Part shown: piece by piece, positions 47,647-59,845 of the stretch
How positions within the stretch are numbered: position 1 is the stretch's first letter
How the letters are laid out: each line of letters begins with the position of its first letter
Assembly: GCA_013177855.1 (NCBI GenBank)
Contig: JABLYA010000001.1
Location: forward strand, 417,231 to 481,230
Source: Ignavibacteria bacterium
GTDB taxonomy: Bacteria > Bacteroidota > Ignavibacteria > Ch128b
Reading direction: 5' to 3'
Length of the DNA: 64,000 nt
Notes under the pieces: generated by a model
Database searches by the model: none
Told to the model about the DNA's origin: nothing
The model's input: the letters and a program-made list of their open reading frames with translations, nothing else
Program-made: the position numbers and the translations under genes

Positions 47647-50184
47647 TTAAAACCTTACGCTTACTCCAAGAGTTGGGAAAATCGGTAATTGATATGTTTC
47701 TCTTCGTTTTAGATTCAAATTAGCATCAATATAGTAATCGTACCCAACTACATTTTTACGATTATAGACATTTATTACATCTAAGTAGAATAACCAGTTT
47801 AATCTCCAGAATTTAGTGTAATAAGATAACCTTAAGTCCAATCGATGATAGTCTGGTCTACGAGCATTATAAAAATTTGGATCTAATCCATAGTCAATAT
47901 TAAATAAAACTTCTTTTGGTGCATTTGGATTTAAATTAAATTTAGTCGCTATCTCAGGAGTCTCGGGTGAACCATCTCCATCTAAATCCTTAAGAACTAT
48001 CCTCGGTTTGATTCCAATCGGCTCAGTGTAAGGCAAACCACTTGAATAATTCCATCTTATGCCGACTTCAACTTTTTCAGAGAATTTGTAATTCATAACG
48101 AAATTAAAATTATGTCTTTGTTCAAATCTAAATGGAATTGTTTTCCCTAGTTCATTTCGTGTGGAATAAGACAACGAATAAGATATCCAGCCGTCAATTC
48201 GGTCAGTTACGCTTTTATTAATTTTAGCTAAAAAGATTTCCCATCCATAAGATCTACCGGTTGAATTATTAACAGGAATTGAAGTCGCAGAGTCTGACTG
48301 AATAGCAACTGGTTGTGTCCATGACGATAAATATCTTGGATCGGTTCCTAAAATTGGTTGAGTAATAAATTGAGTACCTTTTACTTTTAAAGGAACAATT
48401 AAATTTCTAAAATCTTTCAAATAAACTTCTGTCTTGAACTGCCATTGAGGAGTTAGATATCTTTCAAAACTTAAAATATAATGAATTGACTTTTCAGCAT
48501 TAAGATTATCAGTGTATTTTCTGGAAAAATCAAAGAGAACATTCTGGTCTCTTAATTTTTCGTAGCCTGGCGATTGATAATAATGACCGTAAAACGCTCG
48601 AATTGTTGTAATGTCATTAAGAGCGAACGATAAACCAATACGAGGAGAAATGTAGCTTTTCCGTAAAATATCATAGTAGTCAAGTCTCAAACCTGGAGAA
48701 AGGAAAATTTTATTTGATGAAAACAGAGATAAGTTCGATTGACCATACAATCTGAAGCGCCAGTAATCTAAATTTGATTTAAACTTATCAAGTACACTCC
48801 TGAAGCTGGAAAATGAATTTAGGATAGCTTTAAGTTGAGGATCGAGTTGGATATCAAATTTTATTTCTGTAGTCATATAGTCAAATCCAGCGCCAAACTC
48901 GAAATTATTTTTACCTGAATAGAAAAGAATTCTATCTTCAATCGAATATTTTCTGAAATCAAATAAAGAATTAAACGAAAAGTTTAAAAGAAAGGGATAG
49001 AGTGTATCGCTTATTTCTCCGCTAAAATCTTCTCGATTTAACGTAGGATCTAAAAACTTTGAGTCAAAATTTGTCTCACCTTTATTATTGTAAAAAGAAA
49101 GAATTAACTTATTACTAAAATTTCTTGATGCATATTGATAAGAAATTACAGAAAGATTATTGAATGATTGATCGTTAATTCCAAGACTATCAGGAGAAAC
49201 TCTTTTTCCATTTGTAATTAATGCAACTCCATCTCTCGAGTAAAGACTAGTAAACGAAACTTTATGTCCAGCAGATGGAAAAGTTGAAATCTGAAATTGA
49301 AAATCATAAAAATTTGGGAATGAGAAATCACCTTTTATTAAACCGGCGCGTTTAACAAATGGTTCAAGCAAAAGATCATAGTAAGTTCTTCTTGAATTAA
49401 ATATCCAGCTTCCTTCTAAACCAAAAGGATTTTTGCCTTCAAAAACAACATTCGCATTTGTCAAATTTATGTTAACATTACCGGAAAAGAATTTACTTCT
49501 CGCGCCATCTCTATTTGAAACTTCAAGTACTGCTGAAAGTCTATCACCATATCGGGCTGGGAAACCACCTGTAATTAAATTTATATCTTCAACCGTTTCA
49601 GGATTAAACATACTTATTGTACCGTACAAACGATAAGGATTGAATACTTCTACATCATTAAAAATAATAAGATTTTGATCAGGACCGCTTCCACGAATTA
49701 TCAATTGTGAAGAAAAATCATTAATTGAAGAAACACCCGGCAACGCTTGAAGAGTTCTCATAATATCTTCACCAGCGCCGGGTAAAATTTTTGCTGCTTT
49801 TGGCTCAATGCTAATTAAGCTTGTTCTTGCATCTTCCTGTGATTGTAGTTTAGAGGCACTAACTACAACTGATTGAATCTCAACTGCAACTTGTTTTAAG
49901 GTAATTTTTAAATCAATTGAATTCTTTTGAAGAAGATTTACTTCAAAAACTTTAGTTTCATATCCTATTGCACTTGCTTGTAATTTGTATTTAGCTGGTG
50001 GAATTTGAGTTAAAAGAAATTGACCATTCAAATCAGAGCTAGTTCCGTATTTTGTACCAAGTAAAATCAAATTCACACCAGGAATTGGTGAACCATCTTC
50101 ACTTACAACTCTTCCTTTGATTTCACCAGCAATTAAAACATTAGTTAAATTTATTATAAGAATTAAAACATAGATTATTTTCAT
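47647..50184 (-). CDS. TonB-dependent receptor with N-terminal carboxypeptidase-regulatory-like domain
   Basis: Start reassigned to MKIIYVLILIINLTNVLIAGEIKGRVVSEDGSPIPGVNL (ATG 50184), inside track ORF 47647-50346. Plug motifs present. C-terminal ...FPTLGVSVRF. Confidence 0.75.
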   Translation of the reverse strand: MKIIYVLILIINLTNVLIAGEIKGRVVSEDGSPIPGVNLILLGTKYGTSSDLNGQFLLTQIPPAKYKLQASAIGYETKVFEVNLLQKNSIDLKITLKQVAVEIQSVVVSASKLQSQEDARTSLISIEPKAAKILPGAGEDIMRTLQALPGVSSINDFSSQLIIRGSGPDQNLIIFNDVEVFNPYRLYGTISMFNPETVEDINLITGGFPARYGDRLSAVLEVSNRDGARSKFFSGNVNINLTNANVVFEGKNPFGLEGSWIFNSRRTYYDLLLEPFVKRAGLIKGDFSFPNFYDFQFQISTFPSAGHKVSFTSLYSRDGVALITNGKRVSPDSLGINDQSFNNLSVISYQYASRNFSNKLILSFYNNKGETNFDSKFLDPTLNREDFSGEISDTLYPFLLNFSFNSLFDFRKYSIEDRILFYSGKNNFEFGAGFDYMTTEIKFDIQLDPQLKAILNSFSSFRSVLDKFKSNLDYWRFRLYGQSNLSLFSSNKIFLSPGLRLDYYDILRKSYISPRIGLSFALNDITTIRAFYGHYYQSPGYEKLRDQNVLFDFSRKYTDNLNAEKSIHYILSFERYLTPQWQFKTEVYLKDFRNLIVPLKVKGTQFITQPILGTDPRYLSSWTQPVAIQSDSATSIPVNNSTGRSYGWEIFLAKINKSVTDRIDGWISYSLSYSTRNELGKTIPFRFEQRHNFNFVMNYKFSEKVEVGIRWNYSSGLPYTEPIGIKPRIVLKDLDGDGSPETPEIATKFNLNPNAPKEVLFNIDYGLDPNFYNARRPDYHRLDLRLSYYTKFWRLNWLFYLDVINVYNRKNVVGYDYYIDANLNLKRRETYQLPIFPTLGVSVRF

Positions 50185-50305
50185 ACTTACACCGAGCTTT
50201 TCGAAATAACAATAAAAAAATAAAAAAAATTCTTTTACCAAAATTTGACTTGTTAACTCTTGAAGTTTAATTTTGCTCCAACTAAAAACAAAATAACCTT
50301 TAATT

Positions 50306-50956
<651 letters not shown>

Positions 50957-50968
50957 AAGGAGAATTTA

Positions 50969-51895
50969 ATGTTAAGTTCAAGGCACCTGCTCGGTCTTTA
51001 TGGAGTTCCAAAAAAAGATATTGAATTAATTTTAGATACTGCTAAAACTTTCCGTGAAATTATTGAGAGACCAATTAAAAAAGTCCCAACTCTCCAGGGT
51101 AAAACCGTTGTAAATCTTTTCTTCGAAAGTTCAACACGAACAAGAATTTCATTTGAACTTGCAGAGAAGAGACTTTCCGCTGATGTTTTGAATTTTTCTG
51201 CATCAACCAGTTCGCTCACCAAGGGTGAGACATTAAAAGATACAGTGCGAAACATTGAAGCAATGAAAATTGATATGGTTGTAATAAGGCATTCTGCTGC
51301 TGGTTCACCTCACTATTTAACTCAGCTTATTGATGCGAATGTCATAAATGCCGGCGATGGAACTCACGAACATCCAACTCAAGCCTTACTCGATATGTAT
51401 ACGATCAGAGAAAAGATAGGGAGAATTGAAGGACTAAATGTATGTATTGTTGGGGATATTTCTCACAGCAGAGTTGCAATGTCAAATATTTTTGGTTTGC
51501 TTACAATGGGAGCGAATGTTGCTGTTTGTGGTCCAAAAACAATGATCCCAAAAGATATTGATAAATTAGGCGTCATGGTATTTACCAAAATTGATGATGC
51601 GATCAAATTTGCAGATGTATTGAATATTCTTCGAATTCAACTCGAAAGAGGTGCTGCATCAAACTTCCCCTCGCTTAGAGAATATCACCGACTTTTTGGA
51701 ATAACAAAAGAAAGATTACTAAAGCACAAAAAAGATATTTTAATAATGCATCCAGGACCAATTAATCGCGGTGTAGAATTATCCTCTGATGTTGCTGATG
51801 GTTCAAATTCAGTCATTCTTGAACAGGTTACAAACGGTGTCGCTGTAAGAATGGCAGTGCTTTATTTAATTGGAACAAGAACAGAAGAAAATTAA
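50969..51895 (+). CDS. pyrB: Aspartate carbamoyltransferase catalytic subunit
   Basis: 308 aa. ...FFESSTRTRISFELA... and HPTQALLDMYTI, HPGPINRG motifs. Confidence 0.9.
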   Translation: MLSSRHLLGLYGVPKKDIELILDTAKTFREIIERPIKKVPTLQGKTVVNLFFESSTRTRISFELAEKRLSADVLNFSASTSSLTKGETLKDTVRNIEAMKIDMVVIRHSAAGSPHYLTQLIDANVINAGDGTHEHPTQALLDMYTIREKIGRIEGLNVCIVGDISHSRVAMSNIFGLLTMGANVAVCGPKTMIPKDIDKLGVMVFTKIDDAIKFADVLNILRIQLERGAASNFPSLREYHRLFGITKERLLKHKKDILIMHPGPINRGVELSSDVADGSNSVILEQVTNGVAVRMAVLYLIGTRTEEN

Positions 51896-51910
51896 ACCAA
51901 AGGATTTAAG

Positions 51911-53200
51911 ATGAAAGTACTTCTAAAAAATGCTTTTCTGATTGACCCGCAAGTAGAGTTAAATATTAAAGGAGATTTATTAATTGAAGACGGAGTAATT
52001 TCAAAAATCGATACAAGTATAAAAGAAAATGTTGATGAAATTTTTGATCTTAAAAATTTAGTGGTTGTTCCAGGTTTTGCAGATGCCCATGTTCATCTCA
52101 GAGAACCAGGCAGAGAAGATGAAGAAACTGTTCAAAGTGGAATTGAAGCTGGAATGAATGGTGGCTTTTCAGCTTTATGTTGTATGCCAAATACAGAACC
52201 AGCGATAGATTGTGCCGAAGTGGTAACATTTGTAAAAGACCGTGCTGCTAATTCACTTGTAGATGTATATCCAATCGGTGCAGTGACCAAAAAAAGAGAA
52301 GGGAAAGAACTGGCATTGCTTGGTGAAATGTATGAAGCTGGAGTAGTAGGTTTTTCTGATGATGGTGATCCAATATCAACTTCAAAAATAATGAAGTATG
52401 CACTTGAATATTCTTCAATGTTCGATTTACCAATCATTGAACACTGTGAAGATAAATCGCTCACCGAAAATGGTGTGATGAATGAAAGTATCAACTCAAC
52501 GAAATTCGGATTACCTCCACACCCATCGCTTGCAGAAGTAATAATCGCATTAAGAGACATTGCAATTTTAAGATACACAGGAGGTAAACTACATTTAGCT
52601 CATATTAGCGCAAAAGAAACCGTCGAAGTTCTACGATTAGCCAAAAAAGAAGGATTGAACATTACAGGCGAAGTCACACCGCATCATTTTTCTTTAACTG
52701 ATGATGCAGTTGAAAACTACGACACAAATACTAAGGTCAATCCTCCATTGAGAACACAACAAGATGTAAATGCATTAATTGAAGCATTGAAAGATGGAAC
52801 TATAGATATAATTGCAAGTGATCACGCTCCCCATTCAATTGAAGAAAAAGAATGGGAATACATTTACGCCCCATTTGGAATGATTGGACTTGAAACTTCC
52901 ATTGGACTGACTCTGACAAAACTTTATCACAGTAAAATCCTATCAATCGAGGAAATAATTTATAAGATGTCAATTAATCCGAGAAAAATTTTTAAACTTA
53001 AAGAAGCAGTTATCAAACCAGGTGCAGCTGCAAATCTTACAATACTCGATTTAGAAAAAGAATGGATTGTCGACAAATTTTCTTTTAAGTCAAAAAGTAT
53101 TAACACACCATTTCATGGTTGGAAATTAAAAGGAAAATCAGCAGGGGTAATCAATAATTCAAAATTTTTCTTTGAGAATAAATTAATAGATTTGATTTGA
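51911..53200 (+). CDS. pyrC: Dihydroorotase
   Basis: 429 aa. PGFADAHVHLREPG metal-binding His pair and DHAPH motif. Confidence 0.85.
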   Translation: MKVLLKNAFLIDPQVELNIKGDLLIEDGVISKIDTSIKENVDEIFDLKNLVVVPGFADAHVHLREPGREDEETVQSGIEAGMNGGFSALCCMPNTEPAIDCAEVVTFVKDRAANSLVDVYPIGAVTKKREGKELALLGEMYEAGVVGFSDDGDPISTSKIMKYALEYSSMFDLPIIEHCEDKSLTENGVMNESINSTKFGLPPHPSLAEVIIALRDIAILRYTGGKLHLAHISAKETVEVLRLAKKEGLNITGEVTPHHFSLTDDAVENYDTNTKVNPPLRTQQDVNALIEALKDGTIDIIASDHAPHSIEEKEWEYIYAPFGMIGLETSIGLTLTKLYHSKILSIEEIIYKMSINPRKIFKLKEAVIKPGAAANLTILDLEKEWIVDKFSFKSKSINTPFHGWKLKGKSAGVINNSKFFFENKLIDLI

Positions 53201-53231
53201 AAATTTTGAAAGTGATTTAATTTAAAAGCTT

Positions 53232-54176
53232 ATGAAAAGAAATAGCGTAGCTTTAGTTCTTGGCAGTGGTGGAGCAAGAGGTTTAGCTCATATTGGTGTA
53301 ATTAAAGCACTCACCAGATTTAAGATTCCAATTGATCTTGTGATTGGTACAAGTATGGGTGCATTTATTGGCGGATTTTTTTGCAAAGGATACACTCCTG
53401 AAGAAATGATTAAAATTGCATTGAGTGTTGATAAACTTTTTACTTTAAAAATGTTAATTCCAACTTTTCCAAAATTTGGAATTATTGATCCAGAAAAAAT
53501 TAAAAATTACCTGAAACAATATTTAGGCAACATAAAAATCGAAGAACTCGATTTACCTTTTTTTGCTGTCTCAACCGATCTGATTTCAGGCAGAGAAATT
53601 ATTTTCAACACTAACTCACTTATTGATGCAATTGTATCATCTGTAGCAGTTCCGGGATTAATAAAACCTCATTACTATCAAAAAAGATATTTTGTGGACG
53701 GCGGACTTGTAAATCCTTTACCTGTGAGTGTCGCTTATAAATTAAAAGCAAAATATATCATTGCGGTCAATGTGACTAAATCACCTGTTAAGATTAAACT
53801 AAATTCTATCAAAAGTCCTGATAGATTTGATCTGTTCATAAAAAAATTAAAACAAAGTGATTTTGTCTCAAGGATATCAGATATTCTGCCAGACAAATTT
53901 TTCTCAAATTTCTTTGATGAAAGACAAAAGGATATTGAACCAGAATATCCAGGAATGCTTCAGACACTCCTTCAAAGTTTTTCAATTATGGAAAATCAAC
54001 TCGTCAATCTTTATCTGAGATATTACCCTCCTCACATAATAATCAATCCACCGATACAAGATTTTAATATGCTTGAATTCTTTCGATCAAAAGAATTAAT
54101 CGAATTGGGCGAAAAAGCAACTCTGCCTAAAATCCCTCAAATCAAAAAAGATTTAAAGAAATTGCAAATTATCTGA
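53232..54176 (+). CDS. Patatin-like phospholipase
   Basis: 314 aa. GSGGARGLAHIGVIKAL (GxGxxG), GTSMGA (GxSxG), DGGLVNPLP (catalytic Asp). Confidence 0.85.
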   Translation: MKRNSVALVLGSGGARGLAHIGVIKALTRFKIPIDLVIGTSMGAFIGGFFCKGYTPEEMIKIALSVDKLFTLKMLIPTFPKFGIIDPEKIKNYLKQYLGNIKIEELDLPFFAVSTDLISGREIIFNTNSLIDAIVSSVAVPGLIKPHYYQKRYFVDGGLVNPLPVSVAYKLKAKYIIAVNVTKSPVKIKLNSIKSPDRFDLFIKKLKQSDFVSRISDILPDKFFSNFFDERQKDIEPEYPGMLQTLLQSFSIMENQLVNLYLRYYPPHIIINPPIQDFNMLEFFRSKELIELGEKATLPKIPQIKKDLKKLQII

Positions 54177-54449
54177 ACTGATTAAACTTATTTTGAAAAT
54201 CTAAATTAGAACTCAAAGAAAGACATGCATTTCTTATTAAAAGAATGAAAGATGGAATTTTACCCAACTGCAGAGATTTAGTAGAAAATTCTCTTTGATT
54301 CGATTTTATCAATAATCAAAAATTGAATTCTTAAAAATCAACCCAATAAAAATTTTTAAGTTTATTTAAAAAATGGTGGTCAACTTTGTTTAATAAAAAG
54401 AAAGTTGTGCGGGCAAGAATTACTAGACTTATAGAGAAAAGATAAAAGA

Positions 54450-54524
54450 AGAGAGGGAGGCAATTTTTTTAATGGGGGGTTAAGGCTGTATTGGGCAAGT
54501 TTTAGGTGGGCTTCCTCCCTCTCT
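54450..54524. other. GC-rich 11-bp perfect stem (AGAGAGGGAGG/CCTCCCTCTCT) enclosing a 53-nt G-rich loop in a 472-nt intergenic region; candidate structured RNA or regulatory element
   Basis: Direct reading of the sequence. Purine tract before and pyrimidine tract after. No T-run follows, so not a classical terminator. Confidence 0.35.
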
Positions 54525-54648
54525 CTTATTCATTAAGGGCTACACTCAATTTTAACTTCTGTAAAAAACTTTTTCAATTAAACCCTTTACAGTTTCAATT
54601 ACAAATAATTTGTAATTTTATTCTGTCAAACAAATTTTTGGAGAACTA

Positions 54649-56031
54649 ATGTCTACTCAAACTTATATCGAATTATTTTTAAAAGCAAGTAAAACCTTAC
54701 AAGAATATAAAAATTCTTTTCCTGAATATAAGGCACACAAAACCCTGCAACTAAACAGCAAGCAGGAAAAGATTCTTTTAAAACTTTGCAAGAGACTTTT
54801 CAATACTTATCCAACATTCCATCCAAATTATATCGGGCAGATGATAAAACCACCAGTGGATTTAGCAACGCTCAGTTATTCCATCGCTTTATTTTACAAC
54901 TCAAACAATCATGCTTTGGACGGAGGACCTGAAACAAGCTACCTCGAAAAAGAAGCTATTGAGCAATTAGCTCAAATGATTGGATATAAAAAATTCCTTG
55001 GGCATCTCACTTCTGGCGGTACTATGGCTAATCTTGAAGGGTTGTGGATTTCAAAACTCGTAACTCAAAATAAAAAGTTTGCAATATGTGAAAATGCACA
55101 CTACACGCATACAAGGCTTTCTCAAGTTCTTGATTTTCAATCTGAATTAGTCCCGATGAATAAAGAAGGTAAAATGAATTTAGGTTATCTATATGAATTA
55201 TTGAAGAAAGAAAAGATCGGGACAGTGATTGCAACTTTGGGTACGACTGGATTAGGTGCTCTTGATGAAATAGATGAAATACTAAAACTTAAAAATACAT
55301 TTAATTTTAGATTACATATTGATGCTGCATATGGTGGATATTTTAAAATTCTTGCAAACAACAAATCAGATCTCATAAATCGAAAAATTTTTGATTCAAT
55401 GAATATGTCGGATAGCGTTGTCATCGATCCGCATAAGCACGGACTTCAACCATACGGCTGCGGAAGTATTATTTTCAAGGATCCTTCAGTTGGAAAATTT
55501 TATAAACACGATTCACCATATACATATTTTACTTCAAAGGAATTACATCTCGGTGAAGTTACTCTTGAATGTTCAAGACCTGGAGCTTCTGCTTCAGCGT
55601 TATGGGCAACACTTCAAGCTTTTCCTTTGAAAGGCAAAAAAGGAATGCACAACATTTTAGAACTGACACGAAAAGCATCGCTAAAATTTTATGAATTACT
55701 AACAAACAGTGATTACTTTACACCGCTCTTAAAACCTGAACTCGACATTGTAAATTATTTTCCAAAATTTAATTCAACATCCGAAATAAGTAAACTGAGT
55801 GAAATTCTTTTTAATAAATGGATGAAAAATAAAAATTACCCGATTTATGTTTCAAAGTATAGATTAAATTCTAAATTCTTCAAAATGCTCTTTCCTGAAA
55901 TAAAACAAAACTCAAAAGAAGTTATTATTCTAAGATCTGTCTTGATGAAACCTGAACATTATTATTACATTAAGGATATTTTTGAGGAGATGGAGAGAAG
56001 TGCGAAAAATATTTTCGATAAATTGAAATAA
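54649..56031 (+). CDS. PLP-dependent group II amino-acid decarboxylase family protein
   Basis: 460 aa. ...HLTSGGTMANLEGL... and PLP-lysine motif SVVIDPHKHGLQPYGCGSIIFKD. Confidence 0.65.
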   Translation: MSTQTYIELFLKASKTLQEYKNSFPEYKAHKTLQLNSKQEKILLKLCKRLFNTYPTFHPNYIGQMIKPPVDLATLSYSIALFYNSNNHALDGGPETSYLEKEAIEQLAQMIGYKKFLGHLTSGGTMANLEGLWISKLVTQNKKFAICENAHYTHTRLSQVLDFQSELVPMNKEGKMNLGYLYELLKKEKIGTVIATLGTTGLGALDEIDEILKLKNTFNFRLHIDAAYGGYFKILANNKSDLINRKIFDSMNMSDSVVIDPHKHGLQPYGCGSIIFKDPSVGKFYKHDSPYTYFTSKELHLGEVTLECSRPGASASALWATLQAFPLKGKKGMHNILELTRKASLKFYELLTNSDYFTPLLKPELDIVNYFPKFNSTSEISKLSEILFNKWMKNKNYPIYVSKYRLNSKFFKMLFPEIKQNSKEVIILRSVLMKPEHYYYIKDIFEEMERSAKNIFDKLK

Positions 56032-56242
56032 TTCATGATAATATCAAATTATGATAAGAGAAGAGAGATTGTTTTATAGTTTATAGACACGTTATGTGAT
56101 TAAAATTTTTTATATCCCTGCAATCGCATTGTCATAAATGGTAATGCTTTGCGAACAAATCATCATGAATGATGATGAAAGAGGAAAGAAATTTTTCTTT
56201 ATTATTGATTTTACCTTTCATTGTTTTTAAGTTTGCTTCGCA

Positions 56243-56704
56243 ATGAATCAGAATTCCGAAGAGAGAACGCTTATTACGAATAAGAGAGCAGAGCATGATT
56301 ATTTCATTTTGAATAGATACGAAGCTGGAATTGCTCTAAAAGGGACTGAGGTTAAATCCCTCAGACAGGGAAAAGCAAATTTTCTTGATTCTTATGTTGA
56401 TTTTATTAATGGTGAAGCGTATCTGGTGAATATGCATATTAGCGAGTACACTCAGGGAAATCGTTTTAATCACGAAGAGAAAAGAAAAAGGAAATTGCTT
56501 CTGAAAAAAAATGAGATACTCAAGCTCCAACAAAAAGTAAAAGAAAAAGGTTATACAGTTATTCCTTTACGCGCTTATGTTAAAAACGGTAAAATAAAAA
56601 TCGAGATTGCCCTGGCAAGAGGCAAAAAAATGTATGACAAAAGAGAATCAATTGCAGAGAAAGATTTAAAACGAGAATTAGAGAGGAAGTATAAGATAAA
56701 TTGA
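56243..56704 (+). CDS. smpB: SsrA-binding protein
   Basis: 153 aa. ...[42 protein letters not shown]...KRKLLLKK... Confidence 0.9.
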   Translation: MNQNSEERTLITNKRAEHDYFILNRYEAGIALKGTEVKSLRQGKANFLDSYVDFINGEAYLVNMHISEYTQGNRFNHEEKRKRKLLLKKNEILKLQQKVKEKGYTVIPLRAYVKNGKIKIEIALARGKKMYDKRESIAEKDLKRELERKYKIN

Positions 56705-57924
56705 AAGCTAAATTTCCACCGCTGAACGAACAACTCGATTTAATTCAAAGAGGCACCGAAGAAATCATCCCCATCGAAGAGCTTGAAATTAAAATAAAAA
56801 GATCAATTGAAACGGGAATTCCTTTAAATGTAAAATTAGGTGCTGATCCAAGTCGTCCAGATTTACATCTTGGGCATACTGTTGTTCTAAAAAAACTCCG
56901 TCACTTTCAGGATTTAGGACATCAGGCGATTTTAATTATTGGTGATTTCACCGGAATGATTGGTGATCCAACTGGAAGAAGCAAAACACGTCCTCCACTT
57001 ACTCTTGAAGAAACGAGAGAATTTGGTAAAACATATTTTGAACAGGCTTCAAAAGTCATTGATGGAAAGAAGGCAAAAATTGTTTATAACTCCGAATGGT
57101 TAGCTAAAATGACTTTTGAGGATGTTATAAAGCTTGCTTCCAAGTACACCGTTGCTCGAATGCTTGAGAGAGACGATTTTGAGAAGCGTTATAAAAATGG
57201 CGAACCAATTAGCATTCATGAGTTCTTGTATCCTTTAGCTCAAGCAATGGACTCAGTTGCAATTAAAGCTGATGTGGAACTTGGTGGAACGGATCAAAAA
57301 TTCAATCTGCTTGTTGGGAGAGATATTCAAAGAGAATATGGGCAGGAGCCGCAAGTCATTTTGACGATGCCAATTCTTCCTGGAACTGACGGCATCGAAA
57401 AGATGAGCAAATCTCTTGATAATTACATAGGTATATCTGAGCCACCTGAAGAAATTTATGGAAAAACAATGTCTATCCCCGACTCATTGATTTATACTTA
57501 CTTTGAACTCGTAACAGATGTAAACAAAGAAGAGCTAATGAAAATCAAACAACAACTTTCTGATCCATCAATCAATCCAAGAGATTTGAAAAGAAAACTC
57601 GCTCGTACAATTGTTGAACAATATTATTCTAAGGAAGCTGCTCATCAGGCAGAAGAAAACTTTGATAAAATTTTTGTAAGAAAAGAAATTCCTGAAGAAG
57701 TGAATGAAGTTTTTATAGATAAAGCTTCAGCTTCAAACATAATTTCACTGCTTCGAGCCGTTGGTGCTGCACCATCTAACAGTGAAGCAAGAAGACTTGT
57801 TGAACAAGGTGGTGTTTCAATCAACGGTGAAAAAATCTCAAATGTTAATGCTCAACTTCAAATCCAAAATGAATCAATCTTAAAAGTAGGTAAACGTAAA
57901 TTTTATAAATTAATAATTAAATAG
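56701..57924 (+). CDS. tyrS: Tyrosine--tRNA ligase
   Basis: 407 aa. HLGHTVV class I HIGH variant, ...[14 protein letters not shown]..., KMSKS, C-terminal S4 domain. Apparent TTG start overlapping smpB by 4 nt. Confidence 0.85.
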   Translation: MKAKFPPLNEQLDLIQRGTEEIIPIEELEIKIKRSIETGIPLNVKLGADPSRPDLHLGHTVVLKKLRHFQDLGHQAILIIGDFTGMIGDPTGRSKTRPPLTLEETREFGKTYFEQASKVIDGKKAKIVYNSEWLAKMTFEDVIKLASKYTVARMLERDDFEKRYKNGEPISIHEFLYPLAQAMDSVAIKADVELGGTDQKFNLLVGRDIQREYGQEPQVILTMPILPGTDGIEKMSKSLDNYIGISEPPEEIYGKTMSIPDSLIYTYFELVTDVNKEELMKIKQQLSDPSINPRDLKRKLARTIVEQYYSKEAAHQAEENFDKIFVRKEIPEEVNEVFIDKASASNIISLLRAVGAAPSNSEARRLVEQGGVSINGEKISNVNAQLQIQNESILKVGKRKFYKLIIK

Positions 57925-57939
57925 AGGAGGAAATTAAAA

Positions 57940-58485
57940 TTGTTCGTACCGACAAGAGTATTTTTCACTAAAGGTGTTGGAAGACACAAAGAATATCTTC
58001 AATCATTCGAGCTTGCATTAAGAAGCGCTGGAATAGAAAAATGCAATCTTGTTTCTGTTTCAAGTATTTATCCTCCAGGCTGCAAAAGAATTCCTGCACA
58101 AGAAGGATTAAAGTTACTTCAACCAGGTCAAATTACCTTTTGTGTTATGGCAAGAAACGCCACAAACGAACCCAATCGATTAATCGCTGCATCAATTGGT
58201 GTTGCAATTCCAGCTGATGAAACTCAATACGGATATCTTTCTGAGCATCATCCTTACGGTGAGACTGACAGCAAAGCTGGTGAATACGCTGAAGATCTTG
58301 CTGCAACAATGTTAGCTACAACCTTAGGAATTGATTTTGATCCTGAAACAGCCTGGAGTGAACGAGAAAATATTTATAAAATGTCTGGAAAAATTATCCG
58401 CACATTTAATATAACCCAGTCGGCTGAAGGCGATAAAAACGGACTCTGGACAACAGTTATCGCTGCTGCTATTTTTCTTCCTTAA
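57940..58485 (+). CDS. pdaD: Pyruvoyl-dependent arginine decarboxylase
   Basis: 181 aa. ...[40 protein letters not shown]... matches PdaD with the self-cleavage Ser-Ser site. Apparent TTG start. Confidence 0.7.
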   Translation: MFVPTRVFFTKGVGRHKEYLQSFELALRSAGIEKCNLVSVSSIYPPGCKRIPAQEGLKLLQPGQITFCVMARNATNEPNRLIAASIGVAIPADETQYGYLSEHHPYGETDSKAGEYAEDLAATMLATTLGIDFDPETAWSERENIYKMSGKIIRTFNITQSAEGDKNGLWTTVIAAAIFLP

Positions 58486-59845
58486 CAAAAAATTTCGATA
58501 GCTGGAATACCAATCCAACGAGTATTCCAGCTATCATTGGTTCAAACTCAATTCTTGCTAAATTCATCTCTCTTGCCAAAAACATACTCAAAGAAACTAA
58601 GGTTACAAAAATCGATTGATAAATCGTTAGTTGCGAGTTTAATCTGAATTTTTCATAGTAAGAACCCACAACCGGAAAAAGTAATCCAGGAATAAATATC
58701 GATCCAATTGTATACCATAAATCAATAACTGACGGAATAAGTATCGCAAGTATTGATGATATTATTATTGTAAGTATTAAACCTAACCTAACGAGAAAAA
58801 CTTCGTTGTATTTCTTTCTTGAAAGTTTGTTTAAGATATCATTACCAAAAGTTTGAGCGCTAATAAAAGCATAACTATTTAGCGTTGAGATAATCGTTGC
58901 AAGTATCGCCGAGATGAATAAACCTTTGAAAGCTTCTGGTAAAATTTTATCAGCATACACAATGTATGCGTACACCGGATTTTCAAGATCTGGTAAAAAT
59001 GCTCTTGCAAAAAGTCCATTGCTTACAGTTAAAAAATCAAAAACAAACCAACAACAAACTGAAATTAATATTCCATAAAAAGCTACTTTTTCATTTTTTG
59101 CTGCATAACTTCGCTGGTGAAAACCTGGATCAACAAAAGTCCACAATCCAATAAAAAACCAGACAAGAAAATAACCAAACGAAATATTTTTGAGAGGTAC
59201 TAACAACTCAGAAGGAAGATTTTCACGAAGAAAATTAAATGAACCAAAATTTTTTAAACTAAAAAACAATAGTGCAGCAAAACCAGCGAACATTAAGATA
59301 AATTGATATACATCAGTGTAAATATCTGATCGATATCCTGCAAAGAATAAATAAATACTCGAGAGCAGCAACCCTAAAACAATACCAATCCACAATGGAA
59401 TATCAAAAAATATCTTAAATATCACGCCCGTCATCAAAGCATAAGGTGCAGGAGAAACAATCATCAAAATAAAAAAGGAAAGAATTATCGAAAGCTTTTT
59501 ATTGTAAATCTGTTCAATTCGCTCTGGGATTGTTGTAAGATTTGTATTTCTTATTTTTTTTGAAAACAAAAAAGCAAAAAGTATTGCAAAAACATAATAA
59601 GGCAAACCCTGAGTTAACCAGGAATTAATTCCATAACGATAAGTGAATTCCCCTACTCCTAAAATTCCGCCATACCAGGTTGCCACTGTAACCATTACAA
59701 AAAGCGGCAATGAAAGATTTCTTCCGGCTAATAAAAAATCAATTTTAGAATCAACAGATTTTTTTTTCGACCAAAAGCCTATTATAAGGAGAATAAGAGC
59801 ATAAAATAAAATTATTACTTTATCTAGAGCTGATAGATTAATCAT
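58469..59845 (-). CDS. Sodium:solute symporter (SSF) family transporter
   Basis: 458 aa, about 13 TM helices. N-terminal [29 protein letters not shown] resembles SSF proteins. Confidence 0.65.
   Translation of the reverse strand: MINLSALDKVIILFYALILLIIGFWSKKKSVDSKIDFLLAGRNLSLPLFVMVTVATWYGGILGVGEFTYRYGINSWLTQGLPYYVFAILFAFLFSKKIRNTNLTTIPERIEQIYNKKLSIILSFFILMIVSPAPYALMTGVIFKIFFDIPLWIGIVLGLLLSSIYLFFAGYRSDIYTDVYQFILMFAGFAALLFFSLKNFGSFNFLRENLPSELLVPLKNISFGYFLVWFFIGLWTFVDPGFHQRSYAAKNEKVAFYGILISVCCWFVFDFLTVSNGLFARAFLPDLENPVYAYIVYADKILPEAFKGLFISAILATIISTLNSYAFISAQTFGNDILNKLSRKKYNEVFLVRLGLILTIIISSILAILIPSVIDLWYTIGSIFIPGLLFPVVGSYYEKFRLNSQLTIYQSIFVTLVSLSMFLAREMNLARIEFEPMIAGILVGLVFQLSKFFVKEEK

Noticed and set aside
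54450-54524. tRNA or tRNA-like gene at the GC-rich hairpin
   Set aside because: No GTTC T-arm motif, no cloverleaf-compatible spacing, and a single 53-nt loop. Kept as an unexplained structured element.
56032-56242. tmRNA (ssrA) expected near smpB
   Set aside because: No GGGG...tRNA-like 5' end, no T-loop GTTCRA motif and no CCA-proximal acceptor pairing in the 211-nt spacer or in the 54177-54648 gap.
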